64,000 nucleotides of DNA from an uncultured delta proteobacterium (GCA_963814585.1 CAWFDF010000012.1:384001-448000); one strand, 5' to 3'. Shown: positions 50,612-61,940, counted from the stretch's first letter. The notes: a model not told the origin generated them from the letters alone. Translations and numbers: made by a program.

Positions 50612-51865
50612 GCCTCACCGTCGAGCTGCTCTCCACCGGCGACGAGCTTCTGACCGGCCAGGTGGTCGACACCAACTCGCCCTGGCTCATGGACCGGCTC
50701 TGGGATGCCGGCGTGATGGTGACGCGCAAGACGCTGGTCGGCGACGACCGGGCGGTGCTGGAGTCGGCGCTGCGAGAGACCACCGGCCGGGCCGACCTGG
50801 TGGTGATGAGCGGCGGGCTCGGGCCGACCGAGGACGACCTGACCGCCGAGTGCGTGGCCCGGGTCCTGGGCTGTTCCCCTGGAGTCCCACGCCCCGTCGC
50901 TGGCCGCCATCGAGGAGCGCTTCCGCCGGATGGGACGCCAGATGACGCCCAACAACCTGAAGCAGGCCCGCTTCCCGCGCGGCGCCGTGATCCACCCGAA
51001 CCGCTGGGGCACGGCCCCGGGCTTCACGGTCCAGCTCGGCCGGGCCGCGCTCACCTGCCTCCCGGGCGTGCCCGCCGAGTACCGGGGGCTGGCCGAGGAG
51101 GTGGTGCTGCCCTGGGTCGCCGCCCGGCTCGGCGCCGCGCCGGCCGTCCGCGTGCTCAAGCTCATCGGCATCGGCGAGTCGGCCGCCGACCAGGCCATGC
51201 GCCCGGTCATGGACGACCCGGCCCACCGCGGCGTCCGCTTCGGCTACCGGGCCCACTTCCCCGAGGTGCACCTGAAGTGGACGGTCGACCCGCCCGACGC
51301 CGAGCCCCGCGCCGCCGCCATCGAGGCCGCGGTCCGAGCGCTCTTCGGCGAGGCGGTGTGGGGGAGCGGGAAGGAGGAGCTGGCCGCCCTGGTGGTGGCG
51401 CGCCTGGCCGGACGCGGCGAGCGGGTGGCCCTGGCCGAGAGCTGCACCGGCGGCCTGCTGGCCTCGCTGCTGACCGCGGTCCCTGGCGCCTCGGCCGCGC
51501 TCGACCTCGGCGTGGTGGCCTACGCCAACTCGGTCAAGGCCGGGGTCCTGGGGGTCCCCGAGCCGCTGCTCCTCGTCCACGGCGCCGTCTCCGAGCCGGT
51601 GGCCCGGGCCATGGCCGAGGGGGCACGGCGGGCCGCCGGAGCGGCCTGGGGGATCGGGATCACCGGCATCGCCGGCCCCGACGGCGGCACGGCGGAGAAG
51701 CCTGTCGGGACCGTCCACCTGGCGCTGGCGGGTCCCGGCGGCACCCAGGCCGTGGCCCGCCTCTACCGCGGTGACCGGGAGCGGATTCGCCGCGCCGCGG
51801 CCTTCGAAGGGCTGGACCTGCTGCGCCGCTCGCTCGGCCCGGCGGCCCACCCGCCAGGCCGGTGA
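50608..51865 (+). CDS. cinA: CinA competence/damage-inducible protein (MoCF domain plus PncC); 1-nt insertion near 50872
   Basis: [28 protein letters not shown]; after the shift [35 protein letters not shown]. Confidence 0.93.
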
Positions 51866-51894
51866 ACCCGTCGCGGCGTGGGCCAGGCGGGCTG

Positions 51895-52927
51895 TCAAGC
51901 CGCCGCCTCGTCCGGCGTGGGGGCGGTCCCCGCCCCGGCGGGCCCGGCCTTGAGCCGCGCCGCGATCCGCTCGAACGCCGCCGGGTTGGCGCGCAGCCAC
52001 TCCGCCGCCCGCTCCCGGCCCTGCGCGATGCCGCTCTCCGTCCAGCGCGTAGTGGGCCCCGGACTTCTCCAGGATGCCCCGGTCGCTGGCGAGATCGACC
52101 GCCTCGGCGAACCGGTCCACGCCCACGCCGTAGCGGATGTCGAACTCGGCCTCGCGGAACGGCGGCGCCACCTTGTTCTTCACGACCTTGACGCGGGTCC
52201 GGTTCCCCACCACCTGCTCCCCCTCCTTCACCTGCCCGATGCGCCGGATGTCGAGCCGCACCGAGGCGTAGAACTTGAGGGCGTGGCCGCCGGTGGTGGT
52301 CTCGGGGTTCCCGAAGACCACGCCGATCTTCATCCGGATCTGGTTGATGAAGACGACCAGGGTCTGGTTGCGCGCCACCACCGCGGTGAGCTTGCGCAGC
52401 GCCTGGCTCATGAGCCGCGCCTGGAGCCCCATGTGCGCGTCGCCCATCTCGCCCTCGATCTCGGCCTTCGGCACCAGCGCCGCCACCGAGTCGACCACCA
52501 CCAGGTCGACGCCCCCGGAGCGGACCAGCTGCTCGGCGATCTCCAGCGCCTGCTCGCCGGTGTCGGGCTGCGAGACCAGCAGGTCGGCGAGGTTGACGCC
52601 CAGCCGCCGGGCGTAGGTGACGTCGAGGGCGTGCTCGGCGTCGATGAAGGCCGCCACCCCGCCCTGCTTCTGCACCTCGGCGATGGCGTGGAGCGCCAGC
52701 GTGGTCTTGCCCGACGACTCCGGGCCGAAGATCTCCACCACCCGCCCGCGCGGCAGGCCGCCGACGCCCAGCGCCAGGTCGAGCCCGAGCGAGCCGGTCG
52801 GGACCACCGCCACCGGCGCCGCCTCGGTGCCGTCGCCCATCCGCATGACCGATCCCTTGCCGAACTGCTTCTCGATGGCCCCCAGGGCCTGGGCCAGCGC
52901 CTTCATCCGCTCCGTGATCCTGCTCAT
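51895..52927 (-). CDS. recA: Recombinase RecA; 1-nt insertion near 52030
   Basis: [58 protein letters not shown]; corrected end [12 protein letters not shown]...DEAAA-stop at 51895. Confidence 0.97.
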
Positions 52928-52984
52928 GGGCTGCAACTCCTTCTCCGCCGCGTGGCGGGTGCTGGGCCGGATCCGGCCCGTGGG

Positions 52985-54497
52985 TCAGGCGACGGGCCGG
53001 TCCAGGCCGCGGTACTGGACGGCCTCGGCGACGTGCGGCGCGCCGACGGCGTCCGCCCCCTCGAGATCGGCGATGGTCCGCGCCACGCGGAGCACCTTGT
53101 CGTGGGCCCGGGCCGAGAGGCCGAGCTTCTCCATGCAGGCCAGCAGGATTCGCCGCCCCGCCGCGTCGGGCAGGCAGAGGCGCCGGAAGGCCGCCCCGCG
53201 CAGCCGGGCGTTGACCCGGGCCGCCCCGCCTCGCCCCGCCGAGAGCGCACGTACCCGGGCCACCCGGTCCCGGATCTCGGCGCTGCCGGCGCCGCCCCCG
53301 GCGGCGCCGAGCGCGGCCGGGGGCACCGCCGGCACGTCGACCTGCAGGTCGATCCGGTCGAGCAGCGGCCCGCTGATGCGCCGGCGGTACTTGAGCAGCT
53401 CGTTGGTGGTGCAGCGGCAGCGGCGGGTCAGGTCTCCGTGGTGGCCGCACGGACAGGGGTTCATGGCCGCCACCAGCGCGAAGCGGGCCGGGTAGGTGAT
53501 GCTCCGGGCGGCCCGCGCCAGCGTCACCTCGCCGTCCTCGGCCGGCTGGCGCAGCGACTCGAGGACGTGGCGCCGGAACTCCGGCAGCTCGTCGAGGAAG
53601 AGGACGCCGTGGTGGGCCAGGGAGACCTCGCCGGGGCGCGGCGGTGCGCACCCGCCCACCAGCCCGGCGTCGGAGACCGAGTGGTGCGGGGCGCGGAAGG
53701 GGCGCTCGGACAGCAGCCCGCGGTGGCGCGTCAGCCCGGCCACGCTGTGGACCACCGTGGCCTCCAGCGCCTCGTCGAAGGCGAGCGGCGGCAACAGGCC
53801 GGGCAGCCGCCGCGCCAGCATGGTCTTGCCGCTGCCGGGAGGGCCGAAGAGGAGCAGGTTGTGCCCGCCCGCGGCCGCGATCTCCAGCGCCCGCTTGGCC
53901 AGGTCCTGCCCGACGACGTCGGAGAGGTCGAGCGGCGGCGGCGAGGGCGGGCATGGCGGCGCCTCGGTGAGCGGCGGCAGGGCCGCCAGCCCGCGCGCCC
54001 AGGCCACGATCTGGCCGAGGTGGCGGATGGCGTGGACGGTGAGCCCCTGCACCACCGCCGCCTCGTGGCCGTTGGCCTCCGGGACCACCAGCGCCCGGGC
54101 CCCGGCGCGGCGCGCCGCCAGGGCCACCGGGAGCACGCCGCGCACCGGCCTCACCTCCCCGGAGAGGGCGATCTCGCCGACGAACTGGATGCCGTCGAGC
54201 GCCGCCGGCGGCAGCACCTTGCTGGCGGCCAGCAGGGCCACGGCGATGGGGACGTCGAGGCCGGCGCCGTCCTTGCGCAGGTCGGCCGGCGCCAGGTTGA
54301 TCACCACGCGCTTGGAGGGGAGCTCGACGCCGCAGTTGCGGACCGCCGCCGCCACCCGGACCTTGGCCTCGGAGACGGCGACGGCGGCCAGCCCCACCAG
54401 GTGGACGTGCGGCATGCCCGTTGGTGGTCTCGACCTCGACGTCGACCGGGAGGGCCTCGATGCCCAGCACCACCGCGGAGCGGACGCACGCCAGCAT
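52985..54497 (-). CDS. comM: ComM/YifB Mg-chelatase-like AAA+ ATPase; 1-nt insertion near 54418
   Basis: [69 protein letters not shown]. Confidence 0.93.
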
Positions 54498-54509
54498 GGG
54501 TGGGCATGG

Positions 54510-54526
54510 AGCAGCCGCCGTGCCAG
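54510..54526 (-). promoter_or_regulatory. sigma54 -24/-12 promoter motif upstream of comM
   Basis: CTGGCACGGCGGCTGCT (TGGCACG-N4-CTGC), GG-N10-GC spacing intact, ending 13 nt before the ATG. Confidence 0.65.
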
Positions 54527-54678
54527 CAGATACCGGCCTGGAACGAGGGGGACGGGGTGGCCGGGAGGCCGCGAGACGGCCGGCCGGACCGCGGCGCGGA
54601 CCGCCACGCCGAGGTCGGCGAACCGTCCCGGGCGCTCACGCCGCGCGGCGGGGAATCAGGGCCCTGGCCGGCGCGGCA

Positions 54679-55281
54679 TTAGAACATCGACTCCGGGACG
54701 AAGACGATGTCGCCCGGCTCGAGCTTGAAGTTGGCCGCCTTGCCGAGCGCGATGTCCTGCACGTTGACCTTCATCTTCACCTCCTGCCCGCTGACGTGCC
54801 GGGTCACGGAGGTGGAGTTCGGCGCCGCCTGCTTGGTGAAGCCGCCGGCCAGCGTCAGCGCCTGGACCACCGACATCCCGTCCTCGAAGGCGAAGGTGCC
54901 CGGCTTCTGGACCTCGCCGAAGACGAAGACCTTCCGGGAGTTGAACTCCTTCACCAGCACCGAGACCTGGGGGCTGCGCAGGTACCCCTCGGAGAGGCAG
55001 GCCCGCAGCTTCTCCGCCACGCCGTTGGCGGTGAGGCCGGTCACCACCACCTGCTTGCAGAGCGGGAACATGATGTCGCCCTGGGGCCCGACCTGGTAGA
55101 GGCCGGAGAGCTCCGGCTCCTGGTAGACCCGCACCTCGAAGATGTCGTTGGGCCCGAGCGTCGAGGCCGGCAGGCCGGCGGTGACGGCCGGCTCGGCGGG
55201 CGCTCCGGAGCGGGCGCCCGGCCCGGCGCAGCCGGAGACCACCAGCGAGAGGACCGCCGCGACGATTCGAAGCACCGACAT
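54679..55281 (-). CDS. Second short OPX polysaccharide export lipoprotein (WzaB/WzaS-like)
   Basis: Lipobox [64 protein letters not shown]. Confidence 0.9.
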   Translation of the reverse strand: MSVLRIVAAVLSLVVSGCAGPGARSGAPAEPAVTAGLPASTLGPNDIFEVRVYQEPELSGLYQVGPQGDIMFPLCKQVVVTGLTANGVAEKLRACLSEGYLRSPQVSVLVKEFNSRKVFVFGEVQKPGTFAFEDGMSVVQALTLAGGFTKQAAPNSTSVTRHVSGQEVKMKVNVQDIALGKAANFKLEPGDIVFVPESMF

Positions 55282-55298
55282 CAGGCCTGGGTCGGGCA

Positions 55299-56575
55299 CT
55301 AGTAGGTGGCGACGCCCCGCAACCAGATCTCGCTCTTGGAGTACTCCCAGCCCGGGGGCGGGAAGGCGGAGATCGCTGGTGCGGTTGGTGTACTGGTAGG
55401 CCAGCTCCAGCTGGAGCCATCGGGACAGGTCCGCCCGCAGCGAGGGCTTCACGGTGAGGATGTTCGAGGTGCTGCTGGTCGCGTCCCGGTAGGAGAGGAT
55501 CGCCCAGTCGCCGACGATGGCCGCCGAGAGCGTGCTGTTGAGCTTGCTCTTGCCGTCCAGCGTGACGTGGCCGATGGTGTAGAGCGAGTAGGTGAGGCCC
55601 GGGTCGACGCCGAGGTCGTGGGAGTAGGTCAGCTTGAGGCTCGAGAGCGTCGAGGGCAGCCACTCCGCCGAGACGGTGGCCAGCCAGGTGCCGAGCTGGG
55701 AGAGGTCCGGCTGCGGGACCGCCAGGGGATCGAGCGACAGGTCGAGCGTGGTGCCGTACCCGGCCTTGACGGTGGCGGCGAAGTGCGCGGTGACCAGCCC
55801 GGTGACCCCGGCCTGGGCCCGCATCCCCGTCGACGCGACCGAGTAGAGCGTGCTGTTGGGGATGCGGTCGAACCAGGAGAGGTCGAGCAGCGCCGCGGTC
55901 TTGGGCAGGAACTTCCAGTTCACGTCCAGGCCGACGCCGAGGTTGTTGTAGCCGAGGTCGGCGAGGTGCTGCGGGTCGCAGTAGGGATTGGTGCGTGTCC
56001 AGGCAGTACTGGCCGGGCTTGAAGGCCTCGAAGGACTCGAGGATCCAGTCGCCGGCCAGGGACACCGTCAGCGCCCCGCCGCCCGGGCGCCACGGCACGC
56101 TCAGCGTCAGGTCGTTGTAGTTGGAGACGATGCCGGCGGCGACGGAGTAGGACACCGGCTGGTTGCTGCGGGTGAACTGCTCGTCGACCTCGAACCCGAC
56201 CTGGCCGCGGCGGTTGAAGCCGACCCCCATGCTGGCGCCGGCGTAGAGCTTGGACAGGTCCTTGCTGGCGCCGTTCTCGACCCCGAAGTACTGCGCCCAG
56301 TCGAGCACGGCGCGCAGCTCGACGGCCACGGTGTCGCCCGGCACGCTGAGCTGGAGGCCGGGGCGCAGGTGGAGGAGCAGGTCGCCGACGGTCGAGTCGG
56401 GAGCGTAGAGGTAGCCGACGTTGGAGTCGTAGCGCAGCTCCAGCTCCATGAACGGATGGAGTCGGCCGTCGGCGCCGCCGACCCGGATGCCGTTGCCGGC
56501 CGCCGCGTGTGCCGGTAGCGCCGCCATCGACAGCGCCGCCGCCACCAGCCCGCCGACCACCTTGTCCAAGCCCAT
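55299..56575 (-). CDS. Outer-membrane beta-barrel (Wzp/BBP2-like); frameshifts near 55990 and 55365
   Basis: Signal peptide, [36 protein letters not shown]; corrected C-terminus [18 protein letters not shown] with terminal aromatic residue. Confidence 0.8.
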
Positions 56576-56625
56576 GTGCCCCCTGGGGTCCGTTCCTGAA
56601 GGATCGCGCCGAAGCGAGCGGCGCA

Positions 56626-57189
56626 TCAGTGCCAGTCGCTGGCCGGCGGAGGCCGCAGCACCACCGGCGCCGAAGGCGGCGGCACGGCCCGGTACCGCCC
56701 CGAGGTCTCCCGCTCGGCCTGGCCGGTCGGCTGCTGGACCTCGACCGTGGTCCTCTCGTCGACGATGTAGGCCAGCTGGCCGATGCACTGCTGGGCGTCG
56801 TTGCCGAGCCCGTCGACCTTGTTCCTGGCGATGCCGATCTTGGTGAACTCGGCGTTGGCCGCGGGAGCGTTGTTGGCGATCGCCACCTTGAGGGCCGACT
56901 CCGACTGCTCCGCCACCTTGAGCAGCCCCTTGATCTGCGCCAGCTTCTCGTTGACGCAGTTGAGCTTGACCACGTCCTTCTCGTTGCGGGCGTCCTCGGC
57001 GCGGGTGGTCACCTGCTTGAGGGAGGCGCGCATGGAGAAGAGCGCCTCCGAGGCCCGCTTCTGCATGTCGGCCTCGGCGGCGGCGCCGGCCTTTCCGGCG
57101 GCTGGCGCGGCCGGAGCCGGCCCCTGGGCCCGGGCCGTCGGCAGAACCATCAGGCCGCAGAGGGCGGCCACGGTCATGGCTTTGTTCAC
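56626..57189 (-). CDS. Secreted helical/coiled-coil hypothetical protein with two Cys
   Basis: Signal peptide ending ARA-Q; ARNEKDVVKLNCVNEKL, AQQCIGQ; GAGGGG RBS. Confidence 0.75.
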   Translation of the reverse strand: MNKAMTVAALCGLMVLPTARAQGPAPAAPAAGKAGAAAEADMQKRASEALFSMRASLKQVTTRAEDARNEKDVVKLNCVNEKLAQIKGLLKVAEQSESALKVAIANNAPAANAEFTKIGIARNKVDGLGNDAQQCIGQLAYIVDERTTVEVQQPTGQAERETSGRYRAVPPPSAPVVLRPPPASDWH

Positions 57190-57231
57190 GGGTTCCCCTC
57201 ACCTGCGGGCAAGTGCCACAGCGACCGTGGG

Positions 57232-57261
57232 ATAATAGGTTGGATATCGAGGCGAGGTCAA
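57232..57261 (-). promoter_or_regulatory. Putative sigma70 promoter for the coiled-coil/beta-barrel/OPX genes
   Basis: TTGACC-N18-TATTAT in an AT-richer gap. Confidence 0.55.
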
Positions 57262-57287
57262 CAACGGCGCCCCGAAGGCCGCGGAAC

Positions 57288-60200
57288 TCACGGGGAATCT
57301 CCCACCTGTGCCTCCTCGCTCCCGGACTCCGGCCCGTCGAGGTCGCCGTCCGTGGGAACGACCAGACACCGCCAGCGGTCACCGGCGCGCACCATCCGGA
57401 CCGGCACCTCGGCCGAGGTCTCCGCGAAGGGCTGCAGGGTCCCGTTCCGCTGCCAGCGGTACCGGTACCGGACCCGGTCCCCATCGGGGTCCTCGCTGCC
57501 CGAGGCGAGCTCGCAGCGGATGGGCATGCCCACCTGCGGCCGGGCGGGCGAGATCGTGGCGCGCGCCGGCCCTGGCGGGGAGTTGGCGATCACCCGCTCC
57601 GCGAACGCCTCGGGCCCCCGGACGGCGCCGTCGCCGGGGATCGCCGAGCACCGGTACCGGTCGCGCCGGTCGCCCGCCGGCGTGGGCAGCTGGCTCGACC
57701 CGGCCGCGCCTGGCAGCGGCCTGTCGTTGCGCCACCAGGCCCAGGTGTAGCTCACCTCGTCACCGTCGGGATCGATCGAGGGCACGGCCACGCGGCAGGT
57801 GAGCTGGTCCCGGGTGCGGGCCTCCTCCGGCTCGATCACCACCTGCGGCGCGCCTGGCGGGCTGTTCTGGACGGTCACCTCCGCCGAGGCGGATGGGCTC
57901 TCCGACCTGCCGTCCGAGGCCCACGCCTCGCACCGCCACCGCTCGCCGCGCCGGATCACGCCGGCCGCCAGGGTCCCCTGACCCTCGGCCAGCGGCTCCG
58001 GCCGGCCGTCGCGGCTCCACCGGGTCATCACGGTGATGCGCTCCAGGTCGTCGTCGAGCTCGGGCACCACCGCCTCGCAGGTGAGCGGAGCGCCGGTGGC
58101 CGGCGCCGCCGGCCCGAGCGCCACCACCGGCCGGGGCGGGAGGGTGTTGGCCACCGTGGCGGTGAGCCGCAGCGGCTCGCTTTCCTGCTCGCCGTCGAAG
58201 CCCGTGACCTCGACGCGCCAGACCTCGCCGTGCCGGATGGCCCGTGGCTGCAGGGTGGGTCCCTCTTGCGGAGCGGGCCGGCCGTCCCTCGACCAGCGGT
58301 AGCGGTAGGTCACGGCGTCGCCGTCGAGGTCCCGGGCCGGCCCCGGGTGCTTGACGGTGAGGCCGGTGAGCGCGGTCGGCGTGGCCGGGTCGAGCACCGC
58401 GATCGGGAGGGAGGGCGGCGTGTTCCTTCCGGCGCAGGTGGCCACCAGGGCGGGCCCGGGGAGCTGGCCATCCCAGGGCGTCACCTGCACGCGCACCACC
58501 TCGTGCTTGGCGATGGGCCGGACGAACCGCGCCAGCGTCGCCTGTGGCTGGACCGCTCCGTTGACGCTCCACTGGTACCGGTAAGCGACGGCGTCACCGT
58601 CGGGGTCCACCGAGGGCCGCGTGACCTTCACCTCCGGGACGGTCCCCGACGGGACTGGGCCGTCGCAGAGGGCCACCGACACCGGCCCCGGCGCGGTGTC
58701 GGCGATCACCACCTCGGCCCGGGCCGGCGCGCTCTCGGCCAGGCCGTCGGTGGCCACCACCTCCACGCCCCAGCGCTCCCCCTTCCTCGGGACGCCGCGC
58801 GCGATCTGGGCCTGGTCACCCGGCGTCACGTACCGGGCGCCGTTGCGGGTCCAGGTGGCCCGGTAGCCCACCTGGTCACCGTCGGGATCGGGGCGCGCCG
58901 TCACCTGGAGGGACAGGCCGTCGATGGTGCGAGGCCGGGCGGGCGAGATGGCGATCTCGGGAGGCGGCGGGGGACTGTTGACCACCTCGGCCGTGGCCCG
59001 GGCCGAGGGGCCGTGCACCTCGCCGTCGAAGGCCTGGACCTCCACGTCCCAGCGCTGCCCCCTGGCGAGCAGGCCGGGGGGCGCCTCGCTGGCGCCGGTC
59101 CAGCCCGCCTCCTGGCCCCCGTCGGACCCCGGCAGGTCGGCCGGTGACCCGTCGCGCAACCAGCGGTAGCGATAGGCGACCGGGTCGCCGTCGGGGTCGA
59201 CGGCCGGCGCCCGGACGACGACCCGGAGCGGCTCACCGGCGGCGGGGTGCGGCGGGGCGAGGATCACGGCGGGCGCACCGGGCGGCGCGTTCTCCACCAG
59301 CACCTCGTCGGTGGCGGGCGGACCCGGTTCGATCCCGTCGGTCGGGGTCACGATGACCCGCAGCCGCTCGTGCTTGCGGAAGTCCCGTGACGCCAGGGTC
59401 TCGGATCCGGAGCCGGTCGCCTTCCCCTCCCGGGTCCACGCGACGTCGAGCTTGACCGGATCACCGTCGGCGTCCCGGGCGGGCGTGGTCACCACCAGCC
59501 TCAGCGCCTGCCCGCCCCGGGGCCGAGGGGGCTCGATGGCCACTCGCGGCGGCTCCGGCGGCGTGTTCACGGCCGTGACCGCGGCCGAGGCCCTCGGGCC
59601 CTTCTCCTCGCCGTCGAAGGCCTGCACGGTGACCTCGAACCGGTCGCCCCGACGCACCTGCCCGGCCGGCACCTCGCGCGCGTCGCCTGTCGGCACGAAG
59701 GGCTGGCCGTTCTTGAGCCAGCTGAAGGCATAGGTCAGCGGCTCGGCGTCGGCGTCCTCGGCCGGCGCGGTGAGCACGGCGCGCAGCGCCTCCCCCCGCC
59801 GCGGACGGGCCGGCCGGACCTCGACCCGTGGAGCTCCGGGGGGCGAGTTGCGCAGCACCGCCTCGACGACGGCGGGCGGACCCTCCAGCTGGCCGTCGAA
59901 GGCCCTCACCTCCACCCTGGCCCGCTGGTGCTTGCGCAGCAGCCCCGCCGGCACCTCGGCCGCCGACAGCGGCAGGGCCAGGGGCTTGCCGTCGACCGTC
60001 CACCGGTACCGGTACACCAGCCGATCGCCGTCGACGTCGGCGGCCGGCTTCAGGATCCGGGCTCGCAGCGGCGTGGTCCGGCGCGGCGTGGGCGGATCGA
60101 CGGCGATCACCAGCGCCCCGGGGGCGGTGTTGACCACCTGCGCCTCGGCCAGCGCCGGCGCCGAGTCGAGCTCGCCGTCGCTGGCGATCACCCGGGCGGT

Positions 60201-61919
60201 CAGCAGCATCCCGTGCCGGAGGCGGTCCCCCGGGAAGCTCTCACCGGTCACGCCGGTCGCCACGCCGTCGAGCAGCCAGGTGATCCTGGAGCTGACGGCG
60301 TCGCCGTCGGGATCGACCGCCGGCGCGGCGATGACCGCCCTGACCGGCGTGCCGCGCACCGGGGCGGCCGGATGGAGCCTGACCCGTGGCGAACCCGGCG
60401 CGGTGTCGAGGATGCGGACGTCCAGGCTCTCCGCCGCCACCTGGCCGCCGGCCGCGGTGAGCGAGAAGCGCCAGCGCTCACCGCGCCTGGCGGTTCCCGG
60501 CGGCAACCTGGCCCGCCCGTCCAGGCCCGGCACCGGCTTGCCGTTTCGCCGCCACTCCAGGCGGGGGGCCGGGGCTGGGTCGTTGGGGCCGGCGTCGAGC
60601 CAGGAGGTTCGCCAGGTGGCCTGCAGCCCGTCGGCGAGGCGCGGCTCGGCCGGGGTGATCACCAGGTCCTTGAACGAGGGGGGGTTGGGCCCGTACCGGC
60701 CGCTCCGGCCGGGATCGTGCCCGGGCCCCGGCCAGGGCGCCGCCGCCGCCGCCGTCCCCTTCCCCGCGGCGCGCAGGCCGTGCAGCCGCCCGCCCGGGGT
60801 CCCCACCAGGATGGCGAGCGACCCGTCGCCGGCGAGATCGAAGAGGAGCGGCGAGGCGGTCACGTCGCCCTCGCCCAGCGAGGCCGGGAACCCGGCGCGG
60901 ACCCTGCCCGCGGCGTCCACCACGGTGACCGCGCCGTCGGCCGAGGACACCACGGCCTCGAGCGCCCCGTCCCGGTCGACGTCGCCCACCGCCGGCCCCG
61001 CGAAGCTGCGCGGCCCGATCCGGACCGGGAAGCCCGGGAGCGCCGCGCCAGTCCGGCCGACGGCGTGGAGGAAGCCGTCGGCCGAGGCGAAGATCACGTC
61101 GAGCCGCCGATCGCCGTCGAGGTCGGCGACGGCCGGGCCCTCGTAGATCCGGTAACCGGCCTCCACCGGGAACCCCGGCAGGCGACGACCCTGCTCGTCC
61201 ACCGCGTGGACCTTGAAGTCCTGGCTGGCCACCACCAGGTCCATGCGGCCGTCGTCGTCCAGGTCGGCGAAGACCGGCGCCCCGGTGACGGCGAAGCCGG
61301 TGGCCAGCGGGAAGCCGGCCCGGGTCGCGCCGGCCGTGGAGGTGGCGTGGACCTTGCCGTCCTCGGTGCCCCAGGCCAGCGACGGCCCGCCGGCGAAGAC
61401 GCTGCTGGAGATGGAGCTGGTGACCGCCGCCTTGCCTCCGGAGAACGGGGAGGCCCTGGCCCTGGCGCCGCTGCGCGCGAAGGCGTGGATGCGCCCCAGC
61501 TCGTCGCCGACGACCACCTCCAGCCGGCCGTCGCCGTCGACGTCGGCGAAGGAGGCGCCGGCCCGGACCCGGGCCTGGAGCGCCACCGGGAACCCGGCAG
61601 CGACGCCGCCGCCGCTCCAGAGGTAGAGCTTGCCGGAGGCGGTCACCACCGCGATCTCGGGGCGGCGATCGCCGTCGAGATCGGCCGCCGCGGGCGCACC
61701 GGCCAGCAGCTCCCCGTCGGGGAGGACGAAGGGGAAGCCGGCCGGCGAGCTCCCGTCGGCGTGGATGGCGTGGAGCCGGTCCCCCGCCGAGACCACCACC
61801 GCCGGCTTCCCGGAGAAGCCCAGGCCGAGCGCGGCGTGCGGAATCCGGCCCCCCGAGTCCCGCGGGAAGTTGGAGAGCGCGCTCGCACCGATGGTCAGGG
61901 AGAGGAGGAGGTGGAGCAT
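57288..61919 (-). CDS. FG-GAP propeller protein with 12 Ig-like repeats
   Basis: Repeated ADLDGDxxxEIVV and GFP blades, then 12 units of N(S/T)PP...DxDGD...YxWxxxG...DG. Confidence 0.85.
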   Translation of the reverse strand: MLHLLLSLTIGASALSNFPRDSGGRIPHAALGLGFSGKPAVVVSAGDRLHAIHADGSSPAGFPFVLPDGELLAGAPAAADLDGDRRPEIAVVTASGKLYLWSGGGVAAGFPVALQARVRAGASFADVDGDGRLEVVVGDELGRIHAFARSGARARASPFSGGKAAVTSSISSSVFAGGPSLAWGTEDGKVHATSTAGATRAGFPLATGFAVTGAPVFADLDDDGRMDLVVASQDFKVHAVDEQGRRLPGFPVEAGYRIYEGPAVADLDGDRRLDVIFASADGFLHAVGRTGAALPGFPVRIGPRSFAGPAVGDVDRDGALEAVVSSADGAVTVVDAAGRVRAGFPASLGEGDVTASPLLFDLAGDGSLAILVGTPGGRLHGLRAAGKGTAAAAAPWPGPGHDPGRSGRYGPNPPSFKDLVITPAEPRLADGLQATWRTSWLDAGPNDPAPAPRLEWRRNGKPVPGLDGRARLPPGTARRGERWRFSLTAAGGQVAAESLDVRILDTAPGSPRVRLHPAAPVRGTPVRAVIAAPAVDPDGDAVSSRITWLLDGVATGVTGESFPGDRLRHGMLLTARVIASDGELDSAPALAEAQVVNTAPGALVIAVDPPTPRRTTPLRARILKPAADVDGDRLVYRYRWTVDGKPLALPLSAAEVPAGLLRKHQRARVEVRAFDGQLEGPPAVVEAVLRNSPPGAPRVEVRPARPRRGEALRAVLTAPAEDADAEPLTYAFSWLKNGQPFVPTGDAREVPAGQVRRGDRFEVTVQAFDGEEKGPRASAAVTAVNTPPEPPRVAIEPPRPRGGQALRLVVTTPARDADGDPVKLDVAWTREGKATGSGSETLASRDFRKHERLRVIVTPTDGIEPGPPATDEVLVENAPPGAPAVILAPPHPAAGEPLRVVVRAPAVDPDGDPVAYRYRWLRDGSPADLPGSDGGQEAGWTGASEAPPGLLARGQRWDVEVQAFDGEVHGPSARATAEVVNSPPPPPEIAISPARPRTIDGLSLQVTARPDPDGDQVGYRATWTRNGARYVTPGDQAQIARGVPRKGERWGVEVVATDGLAESAPARAEVVIADTAPGPVSVALCDGPVPSGTVPEVKVTRPSVDPDGDAVAYRYQWSVNGAVQPQATLARFVRPIAKHEVVRVQVTPWDGQLPGPALVATCAGRNTPPSLPIAVLDPATPTALTGLTVKHPGPARDLDGDAVTYRYRWSRDGRPAPQEGPTLQPRAIRHGEVWRVEVTGFDGEQESEPLRLTATVANTLPPRPVVALGPAAPATGAPLTCEAVVPELDDDLERITVMTRWSRDGRPEPLAEGQGTLAAGVIRRGERWRCEAWASDGRSESPSASAEVTVQNSPPGAPQVVIEPEEARTRDQLTCRVAVPSIDPDGDEVSYTWAWWRNDRPLPGAAGSSQLPTPAGDRRDRYRCSAIPGDGAVRGPEAFAERVIANSPPGPARATISPARPQVGMPIRCELASGSEDPDGDRVRYRYRWQRNGTLQPFAETSAEVPVRMVRAGDRWRCLVVPTDGDLDGPESGSEEAQVGDSP

Positions 61920-61940
61920 GCGCCAGGCCTCGTCCGCCCG

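Noticed and set aside
50687..52936. 749-aa RecA with a long C-terminal extension
   Set aside because: Read-through caused by an insertion near 52030; the extension is antisense to cinA.
54679..55923. Apparent beta-barrel-OPX fusion (414 aa)
   Set aside because: A frameshift near 55365 hides the barrel stop at 55299; the OPX has its own ATG and lipobox.
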